Shown: one piece after another, positions 1-8,135 of the stretch
How positions within the stretch are numbered: position 1 is the stretch's first letter
Layout of the letters: the number at the start of each line of letters is the position of its first letter
Virus record (IMG/VR): IMGVR_UViG_3300045988_173666
DNA length: 36,221 nucleotides
Direction: 5' to 3' (one strand)
Origin: a virus
The notes under the pieces: generated by a model
Database searches by the model: none
What the model saw: only the letters and a program-made list of their open reading frames with translations
Told to the model about the DNA's origin: nothing
Position numbers and translations under genes: made by a program

Positions 1-141
1 AGATGTGGCTGGGGCGCTGCGAGCCCAAGGAGACGGCGGCGCCGACGCTCGAGGGCGCGGCCCAGGACGCCGCCATGCCGTGCCTAAAGGACGACGGGGC
101 GCACAGCTTCGCGATGCCCGACGTGAGCGTCGAGATAAACG
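1..141. repeat. Terminal direct repeat, copy 1 (identical to 36081..36221)
   Basis: Read by eye. Bases 1-141 (agatgtggctggggcgctgcgag...cgagataaacg) recur exactly at 36081-36221. An ORF crosses the junction in frame. Confidence 0.9.
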
Positions 142-218
142 CCGAGAAGGTCGCCGAGACAGTGGCGAAAAGCCTGCGCGAATCAGTGCAGCCGGCCCTG
201 CGGATGGCGGTGGAGTAG
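3..218 (+). CDS. 3' portion of the junction-spanning gene (continuation of 35726..36221); hypothetical protein
   Basis: ORF-track entry 3..218 is in the same frame as 35726..36221 once the 36,080-nt offset is applied. The stop is at 216-218. The combined product is about 190 aa. Confidence 0.6.
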   Translation: MWLGRCEPKETAAPTLEGAAQDAAMPCLKDDGAHSFAMPDVSVEINAEKVAETVAKSLRESVQPALRMAVE

Positions 219-220
219 CC

Positions 221-406
221 ATGGAGCAGCAGACGAGGCCCAAGCGCCGCCCCAGCATCGAGGTGCGCTGCCCGGAGTGCGGCACGCGCGATACGTGGCA
301 CCACCTGCCGAAGGGCGGAGACCGCTGCCGGTGGTGCGGGCACCCGTTCGGCGACTTCGAGTGGCATGCGGTCAAGGGGGTGCGCGGTGGACGCGGGACC
401 GAATAG
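221..406 (+). CDS. Small zinc-ribbon protein (CPEC...CRWC), hypothetical
   Basis: The ATG at 221 follows GGTGGAG and lies 2 nt after the upstream stop. The 61-aa product MEQQTRPKRRPSIEVRCPECG...CRWCGHPF has two CxxC pairs. Confidence 0.55.
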   Translation: MEQQTRPKRRPSIEVRCPECGTRDTWHHLPKGGDRCRWCGHPFGDFEWHAVKGVRGGRGTE

Positions 407-559
407 GGGCTGCCTGCTCGTGCTGCTGGCGGCGCTCGCCATCGACCTCATGGTGCTGCGCGGGTGCATGGCGCTCGCCGCGGCGCTGGCGGGCTAGGCG
501 ACAACAACCGGATACTGGGGGCACGCCGGGGCGGGCTGGGCCCGGCGGGTCTCCTCCAC

Positions 560-594
560 GGGGCCGTCCTTCGGGGCGGCCCCTTCGCTTTTGG
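560..594 (+). terminator. Rho-independent terminator (end of the early/replication transcription unit)
   Basis: GGGGCCGTCC (560-569), loop TTCG, GGGCGGCCCC (574-583) form a 10-bp stem with one G-U pair. The tail is TTCGCTTTTGG. Confidence 0.7.
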
Positions 595-608
595 CGACAC
601 GTGCCCGA
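595..608 (+). promoter_or_regulatory. Conserved box CGACACGTGCCCGA, copy 1 (candidate late-operon control site)
   Basis: The 14-nt string is identical at 5693-5706. Both copies sit directly after near-identical terminator hairpins and upstream of late operons. The box contains a CACGTG palindrome core. Confidence 0.45.
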
Positions 609-610
609 AG

Positions 611-2299
611 ATGCCGCCCATGGGAAGCAACAGGACCGACATACTCACGCCCGCGCAGGAGGCGTACGCCCGCGAGAGGGCGAAGGGGGCCACGCAGCGC
701 GCGGCCTACCGCGCCGCATACCCCGGCTCCGCGAAGTGGAAGGACAGCGCCGTGGACAGCGCGGCGTGCCGCCTGGAGGCCACCGGCAAGGTATCGGCAA
801 GGCTGAAGGCCCTGCAGGAGGCCGCCGCCCGCGCCGCCACCGTCACGCGCGCCGAGATCATCGACGCCCAGGGGCTGCTGCTGCGCAAGGGCCGCGAGGC
901 CGTGGAGCGGCACTCGCTGGCGGACAAGGAGATGGCGCCCGCCGTCAAGGCGCTGGCCGACGCCTCCGACCGCCTCATGGAGTGGCTGCCCGACGAGGCG
1001 CCCGAGGATGGCGCGGCGTTCTGCCGCGACTTCGCGCTGCTGCTGGCCCCGCCGTTCCTGGAGCCGCACCGCATGATCGCCGGCGGCCACCGCGGCGACA
1101 TATGGCTGGCCGGCGGCCGAGGCTCCACCAAGTCCTCGTTCTGCTCGCTGGAGGTCGTGAAGTACATCGAGTCGCACCCCGACCAGCACGCCGTCGTGCT
1201 CATGAAGCGCAAGGCGGACCTGCGCGACGCGGCCTACGCCCAGGTGGTTTGGGCCATCCGCGCGCTGGGGCTGGAGGACGGGTACGACATGCCCGAGTCC
1301 ACGCTGCGCATCACCAGGAAGGCCACGGGGCAGAAGATCATCTTCCGCGGCTGCGACAACGCCAACAAGATCAAGTCGATAAAGGTGCCGTTCGGCTACG
1401 TGGGCTGCGCGTGGTTCGAGGAGGCCGACCAGTTCGCCGGCATGGCCGAGATACGCAAGGTGACGCAGTCCCTCACGCGAGGCGGCGAGGGCTGCGTGCG
1501 CCTGTACTCGTTCAACCCGCCGCGCTCGGCGCGCTGCTGGGTCAACGCCGAGATGGAGCGCCGCGAGGCAGCGGGCCTGCCCGTGTTCCGCTCGACCTAC
1601 CTGGACGTACCGCCGGAGTGGCTGGGCGGGCAGTTCATCGAGGACGCCGAGAGCCTGAAGGCGGCCGACGAGCGCGCGTACCGCCACGAGTACCTGGGCG
1701 AGCCGGTGGGCATCGGCACCGAGGTGTTCGACAACGTGGTGTTCCGCGCCATCACGGACGACGAGGTGGAGCAGTTCGAGCGCCTGCGCTTCGGCCAGGA
1801 CTTCGGCTGGTACCCCGACCCGTGGGCCGTCACGGGCAGCGAGTGGCGCCCCGGCGGCCGCGCGCTGCTCACCTTCTGCGAGGACGGCGCCAACAAGCTG
1901 CCACCCGACGGGCAGGCCAAGCGCGTCAAGGCGCTGCTCACGTGGGACGGCGGCGACGGGCGCGCGGCCTACCACCACCTGCCGGTGCTGTCCGACGACG
2001 CCGACCCCACGGCCATCGCCGTGCAGCGCGACCACGGCGTCAACGCCAGGGCGGCGGGCAAGGGCAAGCCGGGCCGCATGGCCAGCTACCGCTTCCTGCA
2101 GTCGCTGTCCGAATGGGTCATCGACCCGGAGCGCTGCCCGAGGCTGGCCGCGGAGGTGCGCGCGCTGGAGTACGCGCAGACGCCGGACGGCGAGGTGCTC
2201 AACGAGATACCCGACGGGAACGACCACTGGGTGGACGCTACCCGCTACGCAACGATGGACGAGGCGCGCAGGGCGCGCGGATACAGGAAGGTGGCATAG
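611..2299 (+). CDS. Terminase: small-subunit-like N-terminus fused in frame to a PBSX/XtmB-type large subunit
   Basis: The N-terminal part [30 protein letters not shown]... resembles Terminase_2 small subunits. Downstream come Walker A GGRGSTKS and Walker B-like AWFEEAD. There is no stop between the two parts. The first ATG after the terminator is at 611; alternatives are 620 and internal 977. Confidence 0.8.
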   Translation: MPPMGSNRTDILTPAQEAYARERAKGATQRAAYRAAYPGSAKWKDSAVDSAACRLEATGKVSARLKALQEAAARAATVTRAEIIDAQGLLLRKGREAVERHSLADKEMAPAVKALADASDRLMEWLPDEAPEDGAAFCRDFALLLAPPFLEPHRMIAGGHRGDIWLAGGRGSTKSSFCSLEVVKYIESHPDQHAVVLMKRKADLRDAAYAQVVWAIRALGLEDGYDMPESTLRITRKATGQKIIFRGCDNANKIKSIKVPFGYVGCAWFEEADQFAGMAEIRKVTQSLTRGGEGCVRLYSFNPPRSARCWVNAEMERREAAGLPVFRSTYLDVPPEWLGGQFIEDAESLKAADERAYRHEYLGEPVGIGTEVFDNVVFRAITDDEVEQFERLRFGQDFGWYPDPWAVTGSEWRPGGRALLTFCEDGANKLPPDGQAKRVKALLTWDGGDGRAAYHHLPVLSDDADPTAIAVQRDHGVNARAAGKGKPGRMASYRFLQSLSEWVIDPERCPRLAAEVRALEYAQTPDGEVLNEIPDGNDHWVDATRYATMDEARRARGYRKVA

Positions 2300-2302
2300 G
2301 GC

Positions 2303-3709
2303 ATGGCAGTGGACGAGTTCAGCGTGCCGGCGCACGTGACCAAGAAGCTGAAGGAGCTGGGGTACGCCGTCGACACCTCGATGGACACCTACATCCAGTC
2401 GTGGTTCGACTGGTACAGCGGCAAGGACGACTGGTACCGGGACGGCTACACCGACCTGCAGGGGCGCCGCCGCACCCGCAACCGCATGAGCATCCGCCCC
2501 GCCAAGCGCGTGGCGTCCGAGTGGGCCAGCCTGCTGATCACCGACGACACGCAGGTGAGCGTGGCGGCCGACGCCGCGAACAGGTGGCTGCAGGACTGGC
2601 TGGACCGCGCCAACTTCTGGCCCACCGGGCAGATGGTCGTGGAGAAGGCGTTCGCGCTGGGCACCGCCGCGTGGGCGCTGTGGCTGGACGTGCGCGACGA
2701 GGGCGCCGAGCTGAAGGTGCGCCGCTACGACGCCCGCATGGTGCGCCCGCTGTCCTGGGACGAGGAGGGCGTGAGCGCGTGCGCGTTCGTCACCCGCGCC
2801 GCCGTGGCCGGCAAGCGCGTCGACCAGCTGCAGGTGCACGCGCCGGACCCCGAGACGGGCACCTACCACATCAGCACCTACCTGTTCAGCGAGGGCGAGG
2901 AGCAGGACGCGGAGGCCGCCGGCGTGATCGCCGACTTCGACACGCTGCAGGACTGCCCCACGTTCGGCATCATCCGCCCCGCGCTGGAGAACACCGTGGT
3001 GGACCTGTCACCGTTCGGCCAGTCCGTGTTCGCCGACGCGCTCGACGCCATCAAGGCCGTGGACCTCGCCTACGACTCCATGTTCCAGGAGGTCGAGCTG
3101 ACCGCCGCCAAGGTGTTCGTGGACGAGAGCATGGTCGACGTGCGCAGCGAGAACGGCAAGGTCATACCCTCGCCGCGCATCGAGGGCCGCCTGTTCCGCC
3201 GCCTCGCCGGGCAGGACCCGACCAAGAACCTGATCAGCATCTACAGCCCCGAGATACGCGTGGAGCCGCTGCGCTCCGCCTTCGACATGGCGCTCGCGGA
3301 GCTGGGCGACCTGTGCGGCTTCGGCCAGCAGTACTTCGCGCTGGACAGGTCCGGCGGCCTGAAGACGGCCACCGAGGTGGCGGCCGACAACTCCGCGCTC
3401 ATGCGCAACGTGCGCAAGCACGAGAACGTGCTGCGCGGCGCCGTCCAGCGCGTGGTGACCAGCCTGCTCAACTGCGCCCGCATCCACTGCGGCGCGGCCA
3501 TCGAGGAGGACTTCGGCGCCGTCAAGGTCCAGTTCGACGACTCCGTGATCGCCGACACCCAGACCGAGAAGAACATGGCGCTGGCCGAGATAGCCGCGCT
3601 GGGCGTCCCGGAGCTGAAGCAGCGCTACCTGATCGACTGGCACGGCTTCAGCGAGGAGGAGGCGGCCGCGGCCGTGCCCTCCGCCCAGCTGCTCGACGAG
3701 GGCTTCTGA
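2303..3709 (+). CDS. Portal protein (SPP1 gp6-like)
   Basis: 468 aa, directly after the terminase. The RBS AGGAAGGTGG lies upstream. Size and position are typical, and the sequence has an SPP1 portal-like character. Confidence 0.8.
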   Translation: MAVDEFSVPAHVTKKLKELGYAVDTSMDTYIQSWFDWYSGKDDWYRDGYTDLQGRRRTRNRMSIRPAKRVASEWASLLITDDTQVSVAADAANRWLQDWLDRANFWPTGQMVVEKAFALGTAAWALWLDVRDEGAELKVRRYDARMVRPLSWDEEGVSACAFVTRAAVAGKRVDQLQVHAPDPETGTYHISTYLFSEGEEQDAEAAGVIADFDTLQDCPTFGIIRPALENTVVDLSPFGQSVFADALDAIKAVDLAYDSMFQEVELTAAKVFVDESMVDVRSENGKVIPSPRIEGRLFRRLAGQDPTKNLISIYSPEIRVEPLRSAFDMALAELGDLCGFGQQYFALDRSGGLKTATEVAADNSALMRNVRKHENVLRGAVQRVVTSLLNCARIHCGAAIEEDFGAVKVQFDDSVIADTQTEKNMALAEIAALGVPELKQRYLIDWHGFSEEEAAAAVPSAQLLDEGF

Positions 3710-5343
3710 TGCTGTCCCCGGAGGCGCTGGAGGAGGCCGGCGAGGCGCTGGCGCGCGTGTACCGCGGCATAGAGGCCGACATGCTGGACTACCTGGTGGA
3801 CCTCATGCTGTCCGGCGCCGGCATCACGTCCAAGAGCGTGACGGCCGCGGCGCTGCTGGGCCAGACCCACGCCGACGAGCTGCGCCGCATCATCGAGAGC
3901 CACGCCGGCGAGGTGGACGCCGAGCTGCGCGCCACCGTCGAGAAGTTCATGAGGGCGTCCGACGCCGACGACATGGAGCGCCTGGGCAGGCCCGGCACGG
4001 AGAGGGCGTGGCCGCGCCAGATGGACGCCACCGTGCGAGGGCTCGCCGCCATCCTGCAGCGCGACAACCTGCACATGGAGCAGGGCGCCCTGGACGCGTT
4101 CCTGTCCGCGTCCACCGAGGCCATCACACGGGTGAACTCCGGCGCCTCCACGGCCGAGCGCGCGCTGCACTCCGCCGTGCGCAGGCTGGAGCGCGACGGC
4201 GTGTGCGTGGTGCAGTACCGCGACGCCGCCGGCAACCTCACCGTGCGCAACCGCGTGGACGTGGCCGTGCGCCGCCACGTGCGCACCCAGATCGCCCAGG
4301 ACGGCGCCCGCATGACCGCGAGGGCCATGGACGAGTACGGCGTGCAGCTGGTCGAGGTGTCGAGCCACCCCAACGCGCGCCCGAGCCACGCCGCGTGGCA
4401 GGGGCGGGTGTACGGCTGGCGCGGCGCCGTGAGCATCGACGGCCGCTCGTACGAGGGGCTGGAGGCGGCCACGGGCTACGGCTCGGTGGACGGCCTGCTG
4501 GGCGCCAACTGCCGCCACTCGTTCGGGCCGTACCTGCCGGGCGCGCCGCGCGCCTACGAGCGCGACCCCAAGCACGCCAGCGGCCTGCCGGGCGACGAGG
4601 TCTACAGGCTGGAGCAGAGGCAGCGCGCCGGGGAGCGCGCCATCCGGGAGGCCAAGCGCGAGCTGGCCGGCGCCCGCAAGTGCTACGACGCCTCCCCCAC
4701 CAACGAGTCGCTCGTGGAGGTGGTGAGGGCGCAGGACCTGCTGACCCGCCGGCAGGAGGCCATGCGCAGGCTGGTGGCGGAGTCCAACGCCAGGAGCCTG
4801 ACCGGGCGGCCGGTGCTGCACCGCCACCCCGCGCGCGAGTGGGCCGGGGACATGCCGAGGGTAACGCTGTCCGTGAGCGCGAGGACCAAGCAGCGGGCGC
4901 GTGAGACCTTCAAGCTGATGGAGGCGTGCGCGAAGAAGCGCCGCCCCATCTACGACAACGGCGCGCTGGGGCACGTGGCGAGAACGGCGTACGGCAAGAT
5001 GGACAAGGAGAAGGGCTATATCGTCGTGTGCCATGGCGCCCCTTCGTTCGTCGACCTCCTTGGCCAGCGCTCCGACCACAAGGTGCTAGCAGACGTGATC
5101 AGGGCGCGCGACGACTACGAGGACGGTACACCCGTGCAGCTCATGGCGTGCTCGACCGGCAAGGCGCCAAAAAACGGCAGCCCGTGCTTCGCGCAGCGCC
5201 TGGCGGACGAGCTGGGCGCGCCCGTCACCGCACCCGACGGCACGCTGCAGGTTTACAGCAACGGCAGGCTTGAGGTCGGGGACAGTCCGGGGGATAATAC
5301 AGGCGAGTTCATAACGTTCCAGCCGAGGGAGGGGAAGAAGTGA
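3709..5343 (+). CDS. Minor head protein, MuF/SPP1 gp7 family, with an extra C-terminal domain of about 140 aa
   Basis: The ATG overlaps the portal stop (TGATG). The MuF-like core reads ...VEVSSHPNARPSHAAWQGRVYG...GLLGANCRHSFGPY. The C-terminal extension starts at about 4912. Confidence 0.8.
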   Translation: MLSPEALEEAGEALARVYRGIEADMLDYLVDLMLSGAGITSKSVTAAALLGQTHADELRRIIESHAGEVDAELRATVEKFMRASDADDMERLGRPGTERAWPRQMDATVRGLAAILQRDNLHMEQGALDAFLSASTEAITRVNSGASTAERALHSAVRRLERDGVCVVQYRDAAGNLTVRNRVDVAVRRHVRTQIAQDGARMTARAMDEYGVQLVEVSSHPNARPSHAAWQGRVYGWRGAVSIDGRSYEGLEAATGYGSVDGLLGANCRHSFGPYLPGAPRAYERDPKHASGLPGDEVYRLEQRQRAGERAIREAKRELAGARKCYDASPTNESLVEVVRAQDLLTRRQEAMRRLVAESNARSLTGRPVLHRHPAREWAGDMPRVTLSVSARTKQRARETFKLMEACAKKRRPIYDNGALGHVARTAYGKMDKEKGYIVVCHGAPSFVDLLGQRSDHKVLADVIRARDDYEDGTPVQLMACSTGKAPKNGSPCFAQRLADELGAPVTAPDGTLQVYSNGRLEVGDSPGDNTGEFITFQPREGKK

Positions 5344-5621
5344 GAGGCATAGCGACGACCGATTACGCCAAGGGCACGGACTTCCCGACCAAGGCGCTGG
5401 CGGAGAAGGACAAGGTGCTGGCGTTCATGCGGAAGCCGGCTCCATTCTGCGCGACTGCCGGGCGCTTCAAGGACGCAGTCACCGGCAAGACGGTGTACGA
5501 CAGCGCATGGGGCTGGTACAGGCGCGGCGGCTGGCAGTGGAGCGACCGCGACGCCTACCACGTCGAGAAGTACGACCTGGAGCTAGAGCCCGAGTTCGTG
5601 AACTACGCGCTGAGCCACTAA
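5340..5621 (+). CDS. Hypothetical 93-aa protein translationally coupled to the MuF-fusion gene (possible cognate partner or immunity protein)
   Basis: The GTG at 5340 overlaps the upstream TGA (GTGA). The RBS GAGGGAGGGGA lies upstream. A terminator follows. Confidence 0.6.
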   Translation: MRGIATTDYAKGTDFPTKALAEKDKVLAFMRKPAPFCATAGRFKDAVTGKTVYDSAWGWYRRGGWQWSDRDAYHVEKYDLELEPEFVNYALSH

Positions 5622-5655
5622 CGGGCAATACGAGACAACAGAACAGAACGAGGCG

Positions 5656-5688
5656 AGGGCCGTCCGCAGGGGCGGCCCTTCCTTTTGG
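5656..5688 (+). terminator. Rho-independent terminator, near-identical in sequence to the one at 560..594
   Basis: AGGGCCGTCC (5656-5665), loop GCAG, GGGCGGCCCT (5670-5679), then TCCTTTTGG. Confidence 0.7.
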
Positions 5689-5692
5689 CGGG

Positions 5693-5706
5693 CGACACGT
5701 GCCCGA
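5693..5706 (+). promoter_or_regulatory. Conserved box CGACACGTGCCCGA, copy 2
   Basis: Identical to 595-608. It lies about 125 nt upstream of the scaffold gene start. Confidence 0.45.
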
Positions 5707-5830
5707 CCATCCAAGCTGCGCGGGCACCCGGCGGCAACGGGGTGCGGCGCGGCAGCGGCGGCAACAGCTGCAAGTACCGAAGCGCGCAGAGAAGCGCGGC
5801 AACCAAACACCGGAAAGGACTGGTACGGAC

Positions 5831-6361
5831 ATGGGAGCACAGCAACCGCAGGGGCAGCAGACCGACCCGCAGGAGGGCCAGCAGCCCGCAGGGGGCGCCG
5901 GCGACGGCACCCAGGCACAGCAGCCCCAGGCGCCGGCGAACGAGCCGGCAGGCGGCACCACGGACCCGCAGGGCGGCGATGGCGGCGCGACCGTCAACCG
6001 CCACAAGTACGAGCGCGACCTGAAGGCCAAGGACGACGAGATCGAGAAGCTGCGCGCGCAGCTCGACGAGGCGGCCAAGACCAAGGAGGGGCGCGAGGAG
6101 CTGCAGAAGAAGCTCGACGAGATGAAGGCGTCCATGGCGAGCGAGAAGGCGGCCTACCGCCTGGAGATCGCCGGGTGCAAGAACGTCAAGGCGGCCAAGG
6201 CGCTGCTGGACGACTACGAGGGCGACGTGGACAAGCTGAAGGAAGCCTGCCCGTACCTGTTCGAGGAAACCAAGAAGACCGGCTCCACGGGGCTGAAGCC
6301 CGTGGGCGCGGCCAAGGACGACGACGCGGCGCTCGACCGCGCCTTCGGCCTGAAGAAGTAG
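5831..6361 (+). CDS. Scaffolding protein (GP20-like), Q/P-rich N-terminus and coiled coil
   Basis: ATG at 5831 after GGAAAGGA. The product reads MGAQQPQGQQ...RHKYERDLKAKDDEIEKLRAQLDEAAKTKEGREELQKKLDEMK and sits immediately upstream of the capsid gene. Confidence 0.7.
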   Translation: MGAQQPQGQQTDPQEGQQPAGGAGDGTQAQQPQAPANEPAGGTTDPQGGDGGATVNRHKYERDLKAKDDEIEKLRAQLDEAAKTKEGREELQKKLDEMKASMASEKAAYRLEIAGCKNVKAAKALLDDYEGDVDKLKEACPYLFEETKKTGSTGLKPVGAAKDDDAALDRAFGLKK

Positions 6362-6374
6362 AGAGGGGCAGCAA

Positions 6375-7280
6375 ATGGCTGCAACCAACAACCTATCCAA
6401 CTGCATCGACAAGTTCACCACCCGACTGGACAAGGTCATCGCGCAGGAGACCGTCACCGGCGACCTGAACATGAACCAGGACCTGGTCGGCGAGATGAGC
6501 GGCAACGGCAAGATCGAGATCGCCACCATCAGCATGGACGGCCTGGCCACCCACAAGCGCGGCCAGGGCTTCACCAAGGGCGGCATCTCCCTCACCTGGA
6601 ACCCCTACCAGCTGGAGTACGAGCGCGACCGCGAGTTCGACATCGACGTGCTCGACGACGACGAGCGCGCCAAGCTCGTATCCGCCAACGTCATGGGCGA
6701 GTTCGCCCGCACCCAGGTGGTGCCCGAGGTGGACGCCGTCCGCTTCGCCAAGCTCGCCAAGAACGCCGGCACCACCGTCAAGAAGGACCTGTCCGGCGCC
6801 GACGAGACCGTGGCCGCCCTGCTGGAGGCCGAGCAGTGCATGGAGGACCACGGCGTGAAGCTGTCCCAGTGCCTGTTCTACCACTCCGCCGCCACCAAGA
6901 AGCTGCTGCGCCTGTCCAACAAGTACCAGCTGTCCGCCGGCCAGGCACCGAACAGCAACTTCTCCACCTACGACGAGATGAAGATGATCGGCGTGGCCGG
7001 CGACCGCTTCTACTCCGCCATCAAGCTGCTGGACGGCACCACCTCCGGCGAGGAGAAGGGCGGCTACGAGAAGGCCGCCGACGGCAAGGCGCTGAACTTC
7101 ATCGTCATGGCCCCCGAGGCCGCCGCGGCCATCTCCAAGCACGAGAAGCTGCGCTACTTCTCCCCCGACGTGAACCAGAACGACGACGCCCACCTGTGGC
7201 AGTACCGCCTGTTCCATGACCTGATCGTGTACGCCCAGAAGAAGGGCCTGATCTACGCCCACGTCGCGGAGACCGCCTAA
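6375..7280 (+). CDS. Major capsid protein
   Basis: 301 aa with the RBS GAGAGGGG. It sits after the scaffold gene and has non-biased composition. Confidence 0.8.
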   Translation: MAATNNLSNCIDKFTTRLDKVIAQETVTGDLNMNQDLVGEMSGNGKIEIATISMDGLATHKRGQGFTKGGISLTWNPYQLEYERDREFDIDVLDDDERAKLVSANVMGEFARTQVVPEVDAVRFAKLAKNAGTTVKKDLSGADETVAALLEAEQCMEDHGVKLSQCLFYHSAATKKLLRLSNKYQLSAGQAPNSNFSTYDEMKMIGVAGDRFYSAIKLLDGTTSGEEKGGYEKAADGKALNFIVMAPEAAAAISKHEKLRYFSPDVNQNDDAHLWQYRLFHDLIVYAQKKGLIYAHVAETA

Positions 7281-7459
7281 TGGGCACCATCGTGGGGCTG
7301 ACCTTCCCCGAGGAGCCGGCCGAGAAGCCGGCGGAGGCCAGCCGGGAGCAGGTTCCCGAGCCGGAGCCCGAGCCTGCGGCGGAGCCCGAGGAGCCGGCCG
7401 AGAAGCCGGCCCGCAAGCCGCGCAAGAGGGCCGCGGCCAAGGCAGCGGAGGCGGAGTAG
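7280..7459 (+). CDS. Small P/E/A-rich protein (59 aa), hypothetical
   Basis: Hand-translated; it is below the length cut-off of the ORF track. The ATG overlaps the capsid stop (TAATG) and the TAG is at 7457-7459. The product is MGTIVGLTFPEEPAEKPAEASREQVPEPEPEPAAEPEEPAEKPARKPRKRAAAKAAEAE. Confidence 0.4.
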   Translation: MGTIVGLTFPEEPAEKPAEASREQVPEPEPEPAAEPEEPAEKPARKPRKRAAAKAAEAE

Positions 7460-7461
7460 CC

Positions 7462-7800
7462 ATGCTGCCGGAGGTCGAGAGCGCCGACTACCACGGCGCA
7501 CACACGTGGGACGACGTGCGCCCGCACCTGGGCGCCGCCGTGGCCGCCGTGCGCGAGGTGATCGGATTCAACGAGCCGGAGGGCGAGGCGCAGGTGGAGG
7601 CGTACAAGGCCGCCGTCTGCGCGGCGCTGGACGTCGACGCGGCGTACGGCTTCTCCGGCGGCATCGAGGCGTCCGGCTCCGTCCGCCTGGGCTCGCTCAC
7701 CATCGAGCAGGGGCAGGGCGGCGGCTACGACGCCGCGATGGACCGGGCGGTGCGCCGCGCGCTGTCCGGCTCCGGCCTCCTGTACCAGGGTCTGGGGTGA
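7462..7800 (+). CDS. Putative head-tail connector / head completion protein
   Basis: 112 aa. The call rests on position in the head-tail joining block and tight packing with neighbours. Confidence 0.45.
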   Translation: MLPEVESADYHGAHTWDDVRPHLGAAVAAVREVIGFNEPEGEAQVEAYKAAVCAALDVDAAYGFSGGIEASGSVRLGSLTIEQGQGGGYDAAMDRAVRRALSGSGLLYQGLG

Positions 7801-7805
7801 TCGGC

Positions 7806-8135
7806 ATGGTGCCCATACCCAAGCGCCTGCTGCCCAGCCGCGCCGAGGTGCGCGTGCCCGAGGAGGAGGACGGCCGCCAGGGCTTCTCCGGCAAGAGGCT
7901 CCTGCTGGGCGTGCGCTACGAGCAGAGGGCGTCCGTGCGCGCCACGGACTACCAGCTGCAGGACGCCACGACCGGCCTGCTGTTCATCGACGCCGTGAAC
8001 ACGGCGGGGGCCATGGAGCTGCCGGCCGGCAGCCTCGTCTCCGTCGACGGCGCCACCGAGTGCTGCGTCGCGTCGTGCACCCGCTACGTCGACGAGCGCG
8101 GCCACGTGCACCACTGGGAGGTCGAGCTGAAGTGA
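7806..8135 (+). CDS. Putative head closure / minor capsid protein
   Basis: ATG at 7806. An alternative GTG at 7797 overlaps the upstream stop. The call is positional. Confidence 0.45.
   Translation: MVPIPKRLLPSRAEVRVPEEEDGRQGFSGKRLLLGVRYEQRASVRATDYQLQDATTGLLFIDAVNTAGAMELPAGSLVSVDGATECCVASCTRYVDERGHVHHWEVELK

Noticed and set aside
420-497. Tiny hydrophobic ORF (GTG 420 to TAG 497; VLLAALAIDLMVLRGCMALAAALAG)
   Set aside because: It is only 25 codons with a weak RBS, in a GC-rich intergenic stretch. It cannot be distinguished from chance without conservation data.
494-2869. Long antisense ORFs. Examples are 494..2869, 3625..5079, 5618..6595, 6393..7463, 8464..9717, 10030..11595, 10232..12865, 13169..15580, 15466..16668, 17877..18863, 24997..26133, 26983..28071, 29327..30598 and 31126..35421, all on the - strand
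   Set aside because: Their translations are dominated by R/A/G/P/V/H/L runs with no recognisable motifs. They lie opposite clearly motif-bearing + strand genes and lack RBS or start context. They are treated as GC-driven spurious ORFs.
277-5343. Giant 1688-aa + strand ORF
   Set aside because: Only its last 544 codons (3709..5343, the MuF-like protein) look like protein. Upstream it is Arg/Gly/Ala/Pro filler overlapping the well-supported terminase and portal frames. This is a typical high-GC open-frame artefact.
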